Shown here: piece after piece, positions 41,989 to 52,838 of the stretch
How the letters are laid out: each line of letters starts with the position of its first letter
Numbering within the stretch: the stretch's first letter is position 1
Assembly (NCBI GenBank): GCA_000091205.1
Contig: AP006502.2
Reading direction: 5' to 3' (one strand)
DNA from: Cyanidioschyzon merolae
Taxonomy: Eukaryota
DNA: 64,000 nucleotides
Position numbers and translations under genes: made by a program
Notes under the pieces: generated by a model
Databases searched by the model: none
Told to the model about the DNA's origin: nothing
What the model saw: the letters and a program-made list of their open reading frames with translations, nothing else

Positions 41989-42646
41989 CGTCACCCGCTG
42001 CACCCTACACGCAAACCTGGTAACTCCCAGACCGACACCCTGCGTTTGCCGCTGAACAAACGTGTCGAGAGCACGTCTCGTGTACGGTGTCACAGCAGGC
42101 GCACGCACCCACTGGTGCAGAAGCGCACGGTGGTACTGCATACCAGCTCGCAGCGCGTTGCACCTACCTGCTGCCACGAGGACTCCAACACCTGCAAAGT
42201 TAAAGCAGATATGCCCCATCGCAACCGCGAGCGTACGTCAGCTCCCTATGCCGCGAAGCCCGTCGTAGCTCGTTTACGCGGGCAGCACGGCGTCGTCAGC
42301 CTGCATCACGCCGCTGTCGCCTTCAGGCAGCCGCATCTGCGAAGCGCGCAGCCGTTGCGCCTCCATCGGCCGCCGGCCTCCAGGCAGCAGCTGTATCCTC
42401 CGTCGAGGCATCAGGGCTGGGTGGGGCCCGCTGGGCTGCTGCCGCACTCGCATGGTAAATGGACCAGGCGCGTCCTTCTCAGTGCACCTGCGTCTATCGG
42501 TTGTCGGGTGTGGGTACTGTCGCCACTGTGTGCGCTGCGCTCAGGCTGTGGACGTTGACGCTGGTGCTAACGCTGGTACTTCCCTGCATCCTCAACGTGG
42601 ACTGGCTGGTATACTGCGGGGTCAGCAAAACTGTCCCTTCGACGAT

Positions 42647-43273
42647 ATGCTTGTAGCTTTCGTCTCGAACATTCTGTGTCTTTTGTTCGGGTACCTGTAC
42701 CCTGTCTATGCAACGTACAAGACGCTGAAGCGCGCTGATCCCGCGGAAACCAAACAGTGGCTCATGTACTGGGTCGTTATCTCCGGGTTTGCGGTAGCGG
42801 AGTTGGTTGGTGACGTCGTGCTTGCGCTTTTACCGTTCTACAACGAGATAAAGGCGGGTTTTGTCTTATGGCTAGTGCTGCCGCAAACTCGAGGTGCAAC
42901 CGTCATCTACAACGCTTACGTGGAAAAGTACCTGGCGCACCACGAGCAGGAGATTGAACGCATCGCACTCGAGACTCGTCAGCGGTGGCGACTAGGCGTC
43001 GGCGGCAACGCGACCGGTTCCGGCACTGGCGAGGCGCCCCCGCTGGTTGAGGTCAGCGCTTTAGACTCGCCTGTGCGAAGCGATGACGTCGATGGACGAC
43101 GGTACCGCGCCTTACAGCAACGCAGAGCGCGTGAGCGCACGGGACGTCGTCCGTCGGCTACCAGTGCACAGCCTGCTGGCGTGCCCTATGAAGCGGTCGC
43201 TTTGGAGGCGCCACTTCCACCGTCAGACTCGTCACCGATACGCGCCTCGAAGCGACTTGGGTTGGTGCGCTGA
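42647..43273 (+). CDS. HVA22/TB2/DP1 (REEP/Yop1) family ER-shaping membrane protein.
   Basis: MLVAFVSNILCLLFGYLYPVYATYKTLKRADPAETKQWLMYWVVISGFAVAELVGDVVLALLPFYNEIKAGFVLWLVLPQTRGATVIYNAYVEKYL is the canonical TB2/DP1/HVA22 core. The ATG at 42647 was verified. Confidence 0.75.
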   Translation: MLVAFVSNILCLLFGYLYPVYATYKTLKRADPAETKQWLMYWVVISGFAVAELVGDVVLALLPFYNEIKAGFVLWLVLPQTRGATVIYNAYVEKYLAHHEQEIERIALETRQRWRLGVGGNATGSGTGEAPPLVEVSALDSPVRSDDVDGRRYRALQQRRARERTGRRPSATSAQPAGVPYEAVALEAPLPPSDSSPIRASKRLGLVR

Positions 43274-43289
43274 GCCAACTCACTGTCCG

Positions 43290-45206
43290 TCAAACTTTAT
43301 ACAGCAAATCCATGTACGAAAGCAACAGGTCTGATACGACACCGCGCGCTGGCATGGTCCCGCCTAGCCCATAAATAGGCGCCATGCCTTCGGTTTTTCC
43401 GGTTCGGTTGGAACGGTCGAGTTCTAGATTGGACTTGACGCAGTCGCTGAGATCGCTGAGGAAGCGTTCGATGACACCTGGTGCACAGTGCCGCAGTGTC
43501 AAGCAGATGTGAATACAAGGTGGGCGATGCAGTCCATTCAGCGACCAGCCGCGATCACTCATCGCGTCCAGAACCCTGTAAATATTGAGCGTACTCGGGT
43601 CGGCAGCTGCCAACGCGATCACCCAAAGCGGAGCACCGAGGATGCGCAGGTCCGGAATACGCGCCCTGATGCCGGTTTTGAGTGCATGTGCAGCCCGAAA
43701 GATGGCGTCCGTCGCATGCATGTAGCCGTCCTCGCCCATGCGAAGCATAGAGGCCCAGCAGGCAGCAATGAGACCTCCCGGTCGACTCCCTGCGAACGTT
43801 GGCGAATAATAAAGACCGCCACTCCAATCCGTGAGGGTGAAAAATTGATAGCGACGCCACTCTGGAGTAGCGTACAGGATAACACTGGTACCTTTGGCGG
43901 CGTATCCGTACTTGTGCGTGTCCACAGATATCGAGGTTACTCCTGGGACGCGAAAATCGATGCAAGGAACCTGCAGGTCTCGTAGATGCGGGGCATCCGG
44001 TCGCAACTTTTGCAGCATTTCCAGCCATGGCAAAACAAATCCACCGAGGCAGGCATCCACGTGGAATCCGACTCGTCGCTTCTGTGCGATCTCTGCGAGG
44101 TCCTCGATCGAATCAATGACACCATGTGGGAACTGAGGCGCTGAGCCCACAATCAAAACGGTATTGCGGTTCACGAGTTTGCGCACGTGCTCCACCTTGA
44201 CTCGGAAAGTTTCCGGATTTACGGCGGCGATTCGCAAGCGCAGGTTGAAATATTGAGCCGCCTTGTAGAAGGCCGCATGGGCCGTGCTAGGTATAATGAT
44301 CTCTGGACGTGTGATGCGTCGCTCTGCACGGCCCCAGTCACGGTACGTTTTGCATGCAAGGAGGATGCTCTCGGTACCGCCGGAAGTGACCACACCGCAG
44401 GCTTGTGGTCCCCCGTGCAGCATGCTCGCCGTCATCCGCACAATCTCCGCCTCAAACTTGATGCACGAAGGCCACACATCAGCATGGAGAGGGTTCAGAT
44501 GCGTTGTCCGTGCATACACGTTCGATAGGAACTCGGCGTGCGCTCGATCCCCCGAGTAAACTGCGCCACTGACAAAGCCTTGCTCCCATTTAGGTGCCTC
44601 GCATTCTATCATTCGATCGAGGTCGGCGAGAATCTGTGTTGGCGCTCGACCCTCTGCGGGAAGACGATCAAAAGTCGGAACAATTCCCCTGTAGGGATGA
44701 ACGACAGCGTCCATGGGTTCAAGCGACTTGGCGTAGGCTGATCGAAGTCGCTGGGCGAGAGTCGGCAGCCAGCGCGTTGCCTGACGGTAGAGGAAGGAAG
44801 CCATTCGCTCGGGAATCCAGGGAAGGAGACGCTCCAAAAGGTCATTCAAGCGTGTTTTCCAGCTTATTTGTGACTCAGATAAGGAGTGAACACTGTTCTC
44901 AACCGAGGCAGTCGCCATAACACTACGAGCTGCGGCTCCAGTACCTACGTGCGAAGGCGCAGCGTCTGGAGTGCACGCTTCACCAAGCGCAGAACCCGAA
45001 CAAGAGCATTCGCTCGCAGCTATTTGCCAGCCGTTGTTCGTCACTGCAGGTGCCTGCGTGTTCCAGTTGAGTCGCGTGCCTGTGGCGTTCGTGCTGGTGG
45101 GCGTCTCGGTACCCTGCTCTGACCGCGCGGCTGCCGAAGGCGACCCCTCGGGCCCGGAATCCTCGCAGGATACACGCCGAGCTTCCACCGCGAACTCCTC
45201 AGTCAT
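43290..45206 (-). CDS. SGPL1: Sphingosine-1-phosphate lyase, a PLP-dependent group II decarboxylase-fold enzyme.
   Basis: Motifs SGGTESILLACKTYRDWGR, GFHVDACLGGFVLPW, SISVDTHKYGYAAKGTSVILY and an N-terminal TM-like segment match the SPL/Dpl1 family; the K in THKYGYA is the PLP lysine. The ATG at 45204-45206 was verified. Confidence 0.85.
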   Translation of the reverse strand: MTEEFAVEARRVSCEDSGPEGSPSAAARSEQGTETPTSTNATGTRLNWNTQAPAVTNNGWQIAASECSCSGSALGEACTPDAAPSHVGTGAAARSVMATASVENSVHSLSESQISWKTRLNDLLERLLPWIPERMASFLYRQATRWLPTLAQRLRSAYAKSLEPMDAVVHPYRGIVPTFDRLPAEGRAPTQILADLDRMIECEAPKWEQGFVSGAVYSGDRAHAEFLSNVYARTTHLNPLHADVWPSCIKFEAEIVRMTASMLHGGPQACGVVTSGGTESILLACKTYRDWGRAERRITRPEIIIPSTAHAAFYKAAQYFNLRLRIAAVNPETFRVKVEHVRKLVNRNTVLIVGSAPQFPHGVIDSIEDLAEIAQKRRVGFHVDACLGGFVLPWLEMLQKLRPDAPHLRDLQVPCIDFRVPGVTSISVDTHKYGYAAKGTSVILYATPEWRRYQFFTLTDWSGGLYYSPTFAGSRPGGLIAACWASMLRMGEDGYMHATDAIFRAAHALKTGIRARIPDLRILGAPLWVIALAAADPSTLNIYRVLDAMSDRGWSLNGLHRPPCIHICLTLRHCAPGVIERFLSDLSDCVKSNLELDRSNRTGKTEGMAPIYGLGGTMPARGVVSDLLLSYMDLLYKV

Positions 45207-45493
45207 TTTCCGCGGACAGTTCCGTTACACCTCCTAGAAAAGAAGGCAATACCAAACTACGTTGAACAGACGGCAGCCGCGCACACCTGTTCGTTTTTGT
45301 TTCCAGTAGCAGCACGTTTCCATGGACCATGGATCCCAGATTGCGGGGTGGATGGATATTGTCTTTCGGGAAAGCGTCCATCGTGATGCATCCTGCCTTA
45401 TCGTTGCATTCCTCGTGATTCCTCTCTGATATACTGGTCGTTGCGTATGTTGTATGGTGCGCCATACCTACTTTGTACACCCCGCACAAGCGT

Positions 45494-46651
45494 TTAAACT
45501 ACTGGAGCGGATGCTGCAAGGCATGCACGGTCACTCGATAGAGTATACGAATCGACCAGTATATCCGAGAAGAAGCATGGGCTATGGGACTCGGAAGTAG
45601 ATGGAATGATGGACGTCTTCCCGCGCATGGCCACACCAAACGCCGTTCGAAAGTCGAACGACGCCAACGGTGTACAGTAGTGGCGGGAAAACCGCGCCCT
45701 AGACAAAACGTCTCCAACTGACGTCCAGACGCCTCCCGCCTTTTTGGACCGGTCACCTACTACTGATTCCAATTCTTTCTCATATAAATCGACTTTGAGT
45801 GATTGTCCAATAAAGTTCTCTCTTGTCAGCTCTGGAGGTCTTTCCTCCAGCACCGCACATTTCCTCATATTGATTGCGGCATTAAAGTCTCGGTTCACGA
45901 GCTCCATCCGTTTCTTGCCATCACTGGTTGTACTTACTAATGCGAGTAGTCGACGAACTTTCGCCCTCCATTCCATTTGCTCTTCCTTCAGCGGTCCGTA
46001 CTTTGCTATTTCCTCAGGGCTCCTCTGGCACTTTTCCATCTCGGCCCTTTGAAGTGTGCACCCCAGTTCATGGTGTGTATACGATGTCCGAAACTCATCT
46101 ATTGGTATCGTAACAGAACGCCCTGCGCACTCCTTGTACACCCTCGTCGTTGGAGCTGGCGTAGTTCCTTTTTGTGTCTTCCAGCACCCTGCTCTGTACG
46201 CTAACACGAGCCTTTGAGTCTTGTCCTCTTTGAGGGCACTCAACTCATTGAAACAATTCGCGAATGCCCGCGGCTTCCCACAATACAAATTCATTCGTAA
46301 ACGTGCCCACCGGGGCTTGGTATACTCCTTCCACAGCGTATCCCAATGCGCCATGCGAACTTCCATGAATTTCCGAAAGGCTTCAAAGTCCGCTCCTCGG
46401 TTAGTCACGTCGCTCAAAGCTTCCAGGTGATCTTTCATTCCTGAATTCCACGTCTCAATTTTCTTTCTCGTATTCATGATTCCCGATTCTCGATAGTATC
46501 TCGCTCTCGAGAACCTCAAAAGACGCATGTGTTTCTGACGTAAGTTACCATCAGCACCATCTTCCGCACGCTTGGGTACAGCGATGGTTACGATATTCGT
46601 ATTCCCAGGGTCCGCGCCAACGACAAAGTCGTTATCTTGCACTTTCTGCAT
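45494..46651 (-). pseudogene. RuvC-domain portion of the copy-B TnpB/Fanzor-like gene; its ORF reads through the ancestral stop into the 3-prime module.
   Basis: Copy C terminates 9 codons after RCAVV (TAG at 60732-34), whereas copy B has CAG at the aligned position and continues more than 100 codons into sequence that is conserved non-coding in the other copies. Confidence 0.55.
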
Positions 46652-47130
46652 CGCAGGATCCGCCTTCTTGTTTTCTTAATGCTTCGTCGCGTCAACGACA
46701 AGGTCGTTATCTTGCACCTCCTGCATCACAGGATCCGCCGTCTTCTCATCTTCATCCTTCGTAATGTCAACAACAAGGTCGTTATTCTCTACCTCCTGAG
46801 TCGCAGGATCCTCTTCTTTGTTTTCTTCATGCTTCGCCGCGCCAATGATAAAGCCGTTATCCTGCACCTCCTGCGTCGCAGGATCCGCCGTCTTCTCATC
46901 TTCATCCTTCGTAATGTCAACAACAAGGTCGTTATTCTCTACCTCCTGAGTCGCAGGATCCTCTTCTTTGTTTTCTTCATGCTTCGCCGCGCCAATGATA
47001 AAGCCGTTATCCTGCACCTCCTGCGTCGCAGGATCCGCCGTCTTCTCATCTTCATCCTTCGTAATGTCAACGACAAAGTCGTTATTCTCTACCTCCTGAG
47101 TCGCAGGATCCTCCTCTTTGTTTTCTTCAT
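46620..47130. repeat. Perfect 150-bp tandem array (two 75-bp half-units; about 3.4 units) inside copy B. It encodes [25 protein letters not shown] / [25 protein letters not shown] and duplicates the segment just N-terminal to RuvC-I.
   Basis: tcttctcatcttcatccttcgtaatgtcaac recurs at exactly 46741, 46891 and 47041. The repeat peptide [17 protein letters not shown] parallels the native [20 protein letters not shown] that opens the RuvC-I block. Copy C has only one unit. Confidence 0.9.
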
Positions 47131-49822
47131 GCTTCGTCACGGGTGCAGCCGAGGGTGGAACTGGACGATCTTTCTTCAACCGCCGATAGTGTACACACAT
47201 GGCTACGCCATCGGTTTCGATCATCCCAGTGAATACCTTTTGTTTGCTGACTTTGAGACGTTTGAAATCGAAGATACTCTTCCAGTACGTCTCCCGGTTT
47301 TCACGGATGAAGTCCTCCCTGCTAACATTGAACCCCGGACTGATCTCCTTCATGATGCCGTAAAGGACGCCTGAATCGATACTCACAAAATACTACTTGA
47401 TGTTGCACAACGGAACCACGTTTAACTGCTTCCCCATTAGGAAAGCCTTCCGTCTCTCCCACTCTTCATTTGTCTCTTCACTCAGCTTCATCTCCGCCTT
47501 GCGTTCGAGTTCACGATTCAGAAACACAAAATAGCGCAGGATGAGGCGATAGTACCTTTCCTTATCTTTTTTTAACTCTGACACCTTTTCTGTTGGATTC
47601 GGTAGCCCCATGACTGCGCCGTGCTCTTGCATAGCCGCACGGATTACAGAAGCTTCATTCGTGCTCTCGTTTGACGCCTTCTTCTCGAAAAATTCGACCT
47701 CATCTTCATGCCTGCGATCTTTCGTGATGGCATCGATAATCGCCCATATCCCCTTGCGTGAGATTCCCGGGTACAGCGCAAACACGGCGCGTATCATGAA
47801 ACGTTCGAGGTTCATCGTCAAATGGTTCTTCAGGTTCGTCAGGTACTTGATGGCCCCGTATTCGTAAATATCCGCGTCACCTGTATACCGAGTACCATCG
47901 AAGCTGTAAAAGAGATGTTTTTCGTGCAGGACGTGCACCCGCTCATTTCCCCTCCGCGCTTCCGCTGTACCAATCGTCATGTGACGAATAAAGGTCTCGT
48001 CGGAAACTCGTTCGGAAGCTCGACTGTTTCCATGTGCGTCATTTCGCGATACATCTCCCCGCCAAATGCACTAGTCCTGACGACACCTTTATTATAGTCA
48101 TGGAGTTCGGCTCAACACGGTTTCGGATGGACTCTCGTAACTTTTTCTTGCACGGAACCTTGATCTGTCCAAGAAGACAGGCTTTCATAACCAGTTCGTT
48201 GTAGTGTGGTCTTTCTTGCAGCCATCGACGTAGGACCTCCCTCCTTTCGGTCCTTCTTCTCTTCCTTTTCTTCTGGACTCGGTACTGTTTTTTGTTTTTT
48301 CTGGCAGCCAGCGACACTTGGCCTCCAGGATCGTCGACTTGGTTTTTGATAACATTTCCTTTTTTATTTTTCTTGAAAAAGAGCGCTCTTTGAACGCTTC
48401 TCCTATAAACCGCGAAAAAGGACTTGAATACACTTATTTGAGGGTTGAAACACGATTCAACTGAAAACTGCAGTTTGCTACGACTTCAACGGAAATAGAA
48501 CTTTTACTTTACTGCTGGATCATAAAGGTTTGGATCGTGTCTCCCTTCAACGGCGACAAGCGCGTCATATCTCATGACTGCCAGATCTCCCAGGTGCGCG
48601 TCTCAACCGCGCTATTTAGAAAAAAAGGAAAGAGACTCACGATTCACGAGCAACGAGCTATCGATTTCTTTCCCCGTCTACATGAAACATTAAAAGGGGG
48701 AAATTTTTTCCGCATGTCCGAAAGTTTAACGTCTAGGCGGAAAGTCGCGCGGGCCGAACGAGTCTGCCAGGCTCGTGCTTCATGCCCCTCCCAGCGGCGG
48801 GTTCTTGAAAGAAACCTGTGCTACTCGTCCACAAAGCAATTCATTCTGGGACTAGGGACAGTTAAGCTGCATCTGGGCATCGCCCTGGTCGCAGTGGACT
48901 CCTAGGATATCGATTCGCGCTGTCGCAGGCAGTAGGTCTGCCAGCGTAGCTTGCAGGCTCCCAGAATGATCATGAACCTCGACCCTGATTCAGCCGTAGC
49001 ATTCCTCGAGTCGATGCGCTCTCTTGTATGGCATGTCGGTTCTCTCTGTCCATGCTGCGACCGCGCCGCCGCTATAGGCGCTATCGCGGACGCTCGCGAC
49101 GGGCAGTCGGCACACGGTCGAACTTGAAAATAATCGGTACCTCCGAGGGAACGTATGGGAAGCGGAACTTGCGAGGAGGGCGCGGAACGATGGAAACCCC
49201 ACAACGCGCGGTTACCGAGCACGCTCTCAGGGATTGCTGCTCTGTGGGTCAACGTTTCGTCCAACGAAAAGGAATCGAGTGTGTCCTTCACGCGCGCCGC
49301 TAGGCAGGTACACTCAACTCGTTCAGTGGTAAAGACGTTTTTCCGACGGTTCACTCGATATATCACAACGCATTGCGAAAATGAGTTGTCACTGACGTGT
49401 CCGTGGACCAGCCAGTTCATGTGCCGTATATGCGCTTTTTCTCAACAGATAGGTGAACGACCTTCCAGGTCCGTGTGGTGCTGTCGAAAGCGTTCCCGTC
49501 GAAACGGTACACATATGATCAAAGCGGGCCTGTTTGGAGGCATTCTAGATGCAGCTCTGGATATTGATCGTAGCTATGTAAATAGTATCCTTGCGAGAGA
49601 GCAGCCTGGCACCGCTGCCGCAACGGCAACCTTTGAATCTTGAACACTCATTCCAGTTTTAGATCAAATTTGACACCCGTCACTGGACGGCCATCGACGC
49701 CTGTCTCAGACGCTTCATCACCGCCGCCACCGACGCCGCTGGGTACCACCGAGCGCTGTACGCTTCAGCGCTCATCTGTGTCTACGACAAGGCGAGCTGC
49801 ACCGGCGCTCGGAACTCGTTCC

Positions 49823-50662
49823 ATGTGCGCGTTTATAGTAACTGGTTCACAGTGCTCTCGAGCGCAAGCAAATGTCTGGACGAAGGAGACGGTAGCGTGC
49901 AGGCGGGGACCAAAACCGCGCAGCAGCACAGCAAAGGGTCGTCCCCTGCGCATGGGTGTGGAAAGGGTACCCCCGCCCAAACCGGGGCAAGTTGTGGTTG
50001 CACCTTCCATTCTGTCGGCGAACTTTGCCCGACTCGGTGAAGAGGTAAGCGCTGTAGACCGCTTCGGTGCAGACTGGATACATGTTGACGTTATGGACGG
50101 GCACTTTGTACCGCCAATAACCATCGGCGCAGGCGTCGTGGAGGCGCTGCGTCCGGTTACACAGCGGCCGCTTGACGTTCACTTGATGGTCGTGAATCCA
50201 GACCAACACATCCCCGCCTTTGCCAAAGCAGGCGCTGACATCATCAGCGTGCATTGCGAGGGCGAGTCGACGATCCACCTGCATCGAACGCTGCAGATGA
50301 TTCGAAGCCTCGGGTGTCGTGCCGGTGTCGTTCTGAACCCGGCCACGCCACCAATGGCAATTGAGTACGTCCTACCTATCGTGGACCTGGTGCTGGTGAT
50401 GAGCGTAAATCCGGGGTACGGCGGGCAAGCATTTATTGACGAGGTGTTGCCGAAAATCACCGAGATACGGAAGATGGCTGATCGCCTCGGCAAGCATGAT
50501 CTCTGGCTCGAGGTCGACGGCGGCGTGAAGGGCTCCAACGCCTGGCGTGTTGTCGAGGCGGGTGCGAACGCCCTGGTAGCCGGTTCAGCAGTGTTTGGTG
50601 CCAAGGACTACAAAGCCGCTATCGATGAAATCCGGGCCGCGCGAAGACCTGTTGCTGTCTAA
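49823..50662 (+). CDS. RPE: Ribulose-phosphate 3-epimerase (RPE), possibly with a short N-terminal targeting peptide. An alternative start at 49952 would give the mature-size enzyme.
   Basis: [18 protein letters not shown]...[17 protein letters not shown]...[13 protein letters not shown]...[14 protein letters not shown]...[28 protein letters not shown] is the canonical RPE TIM-barrel consensus. The track ORF starts at a TTG (49640); in-frame ATGs are at 49823 and 49952. Confidence 0.9.
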   Translation: MCAFIVTGSQCSRAQANVWTKETVACRRGPKPRSSTAKGRPLRMGVERVPPPKPGQVVVAPSILSANFARLGEEVSAVDRFGADWIHVDVMDGHFVPPITIGAGVVEALRPVTQRPLDVHLMVVNPDQHIPAFAKAGADIISVHCEGESTIHLHRTLQMIRSLGCRAGVVLNPATPPMAIEYVLPIVDLVLVMSVNPGYGGQAFIDEVLPKITEIRKMADRLGKHDLWLEVDGGVKGSNAWRVVEAGANALVAGSAVFGAKDYKAAIDEIRAARRPVAV

Positions 50663-52838
50663 AGTGAATTCGGGAACGAATTGGGCTCCATTTGTGTCCG
50701 GTCTTCATCTCGTGGTTACATAGAAACCCGCTGGACAGGGTCATCCAGAGCCGATGCACATCGAATTCAGTGGGCACGCTCTCCTAGTAGTACCGAGCGT
50801 CGTTGCTCTTCTCTGGGGAGGGATCGCTAGATGCCGCGTTTTCGCATACGACTCGGAGGGAGTGCATCGGCCGTGTGCAGCCACCAGACTGGAGCTTCAA
50901 TAACACATGGAAAGCGTTACAGTACCCGTTGTTGAAGCGTGACATGTCGCCACTGTGGCAAGCGCGCCGGCTGCTTTCACGCTTGAGGACGCCAGGCCTT
51001 TGCTACAGATGCGAACAGGTTCACGGACTGGAACAAGTCTCCGAGTTTCTGTTTAGTTTCCGTCGGAAAAGCTGTTCAAAGCAGCAGGAAAAGGCAGTAG
51101 AGAAGCGTGAGCCACGACAGCTTCAACAGTGGTCACCTCGTTCACAGCCTGTAGCAGCAATGATGAGCGCTAGCTGCGGCTGCAGTTCGAGCGACGCAAC
51201 GTACGTCGCTTACGGAAATGGAGCACATTTAGCAGAATCTCAGTTGTTGACGTTTCACTAAAAGATTTGGGTTGAACACTATCGCACAGAGTCGTCAGTC
51301 GATGTTTCTACGCATACGCACCCGATATTCTCCCGTTCAATGCAGTGCTGTATGGCGACCTATCGTCGCAACGAGGAAACGAGGTTTGTCCATCCAGCGC
51401 AGGCACGTGCGTTCCAGGCACGGGGCTAGGCTCGTCGCCGCGGCTTCTGTTGCTGCTTCTTTTGATGAAAACCCCCAATGACAACTGAGCAGCCTCGAGC
51501 TGATACCCCTGATACCAGACGGCAGAAAGCTAACACAGGCCGAAAATCAGAGTCGCTGGTGCTGAACTGGTCCAGCATGCGTCCGGATGAGCAGCTGGTG
51601 CTTCGGGACTGCGCACGACAGGCAGCTCTTCGAGGAACAGGGGCACTTGTCGGCGGCGCACTGCTCTCTAGTCTGGTGCTCTACGGTTTACCATAGCCGG
51701 CTCGTACTGGCTCCACACGCTTTTTCCAGGATAGTTGGCGTGCGCGCGTTCCAGCCTGGTTGCGGGTGCTCGCTATTGTCGCCACTGCTGGGGTGAGCGG
51801 CTACGCTGGAGCGCCGAGCACGGTGCCCAGCTGCTTGGAGCGTATCTTGCGACTTCCGAACTCACACCTGGCGGCGGAGGTGCGACTCAGTATCGAAGAC
51901 TGGCAGACGCACTGGTCGCAACGAGTGTTAGACTTGAAACCGCTGCAGCCGGCTGCCGAACCCGAGCAACACCTCGTACGGAGGGCTTCTGCGGAGACTG
52001 CACCCAGAGACAGCGGTCAAGCGCCCGTCTCATGCCGTACCAGGGGAACGGCACCCAGAGACAGCGGTGCTGCGCTTCCGCGAAAGCACGTCATTCGACT
52101 CTGGAACCGTTTTTTTCATCAGCGGCTACCGTAGCCGCATTTGCCGCATCAGGAATTATCGACTGCATCTCTCAATAGCAGAGAAAGCGCGTCGCAATTT
52201 GATCAGGAGCGTACGAGGTGCCTGTCGTCACGGTAACGAATCCGGTACGATGTGGGGTTCAAAAGCGAAACGTTGGTGCTCCAGCCGCTCGCGACGGTAG
52301 CCTGCAGAAAAGTGGAGAATTCGCGTTATGTGAAGTTGTACGCACGTTCGGCATCTCGATCCAGCAGGTATCGTTGCGCATTCATGAAAGCTTTGAGCTG
52401 GTCCTTGACGGTTGCACCGTCCCGCAGGAAAACCAAGACATGCTTTGTTGAAGGCTAAGCGTAGATAATGTAACGCTCATTCCGATGCAGTGCCGCACAG
52501 TGGAGAAAGTGTCGAGCGTGTTTGACTCTTTGCAGACTCGCTCCGAAAACGATTTCAGGACGATAGTCCCGCCAAGGTGGAATCATAAAGCGCTCATTTG
52601 CACAGATTTCTCGTGGAGTTGGGAGTGTCAGTTGCCTGGACGCCTGGCGAGGCGTCTGCGCGCGTGCTGAGACGAAGCGCACATAAGAAGAACGCTGGCC
52701 TGTGTGTCTGCTTTTTCTCAAAATGACTATTGTTTAGGCATAGCCGCTGCGCGTCTACGTCAGTCGTGTGCAGATGAGGTTGCCACAAGGGCCTATGGAT
52801 TGTCGCTTTATAGAATTTGTGTTGGACCGGGTTTGCGA

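Larger units (their letters stand above)
45494..48500 (-). mobile_element. TnpB/Fanzor-like element, copy B, about 3 kb. It encodes a roughly 970-aa RuvC-nuclease protein with a basic NLS-like N-terminus, disrupted by three in-frame stops, and carries an internal perfect 150-bp tandem array.
   Basis: On the minus strand, frames 48433-48185, 47980-47393, 47386-46676 and 46651-45494 are all in one reading frame, separated only by single stops (TGA 48185-87, TAG 47393-95, TAA 46676-78). The last segment has RuvC-I-like [30 protein letters not shown]...C (RuvC-II E plus a Zn-finger-like region) and RuvC-III ELVNRDFNAAINMRKCAVL. KKRKRRR motifs lie at about 48.2 kb. The 5-prime boundary is inferred from where homology with copy C ends (about 48490 versus 62935). 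Confidence 0.6.

Noticed and set aside
41851-42558. 235-aa plus-strand ORF overlapping the glutaredoxin gene in antisense.
   Set aside because: Low-complexity R/P/H-rich translation, typical of antisense frames in GC-rich coding DNA; the glutaredoxin on the minus strand explains the region.
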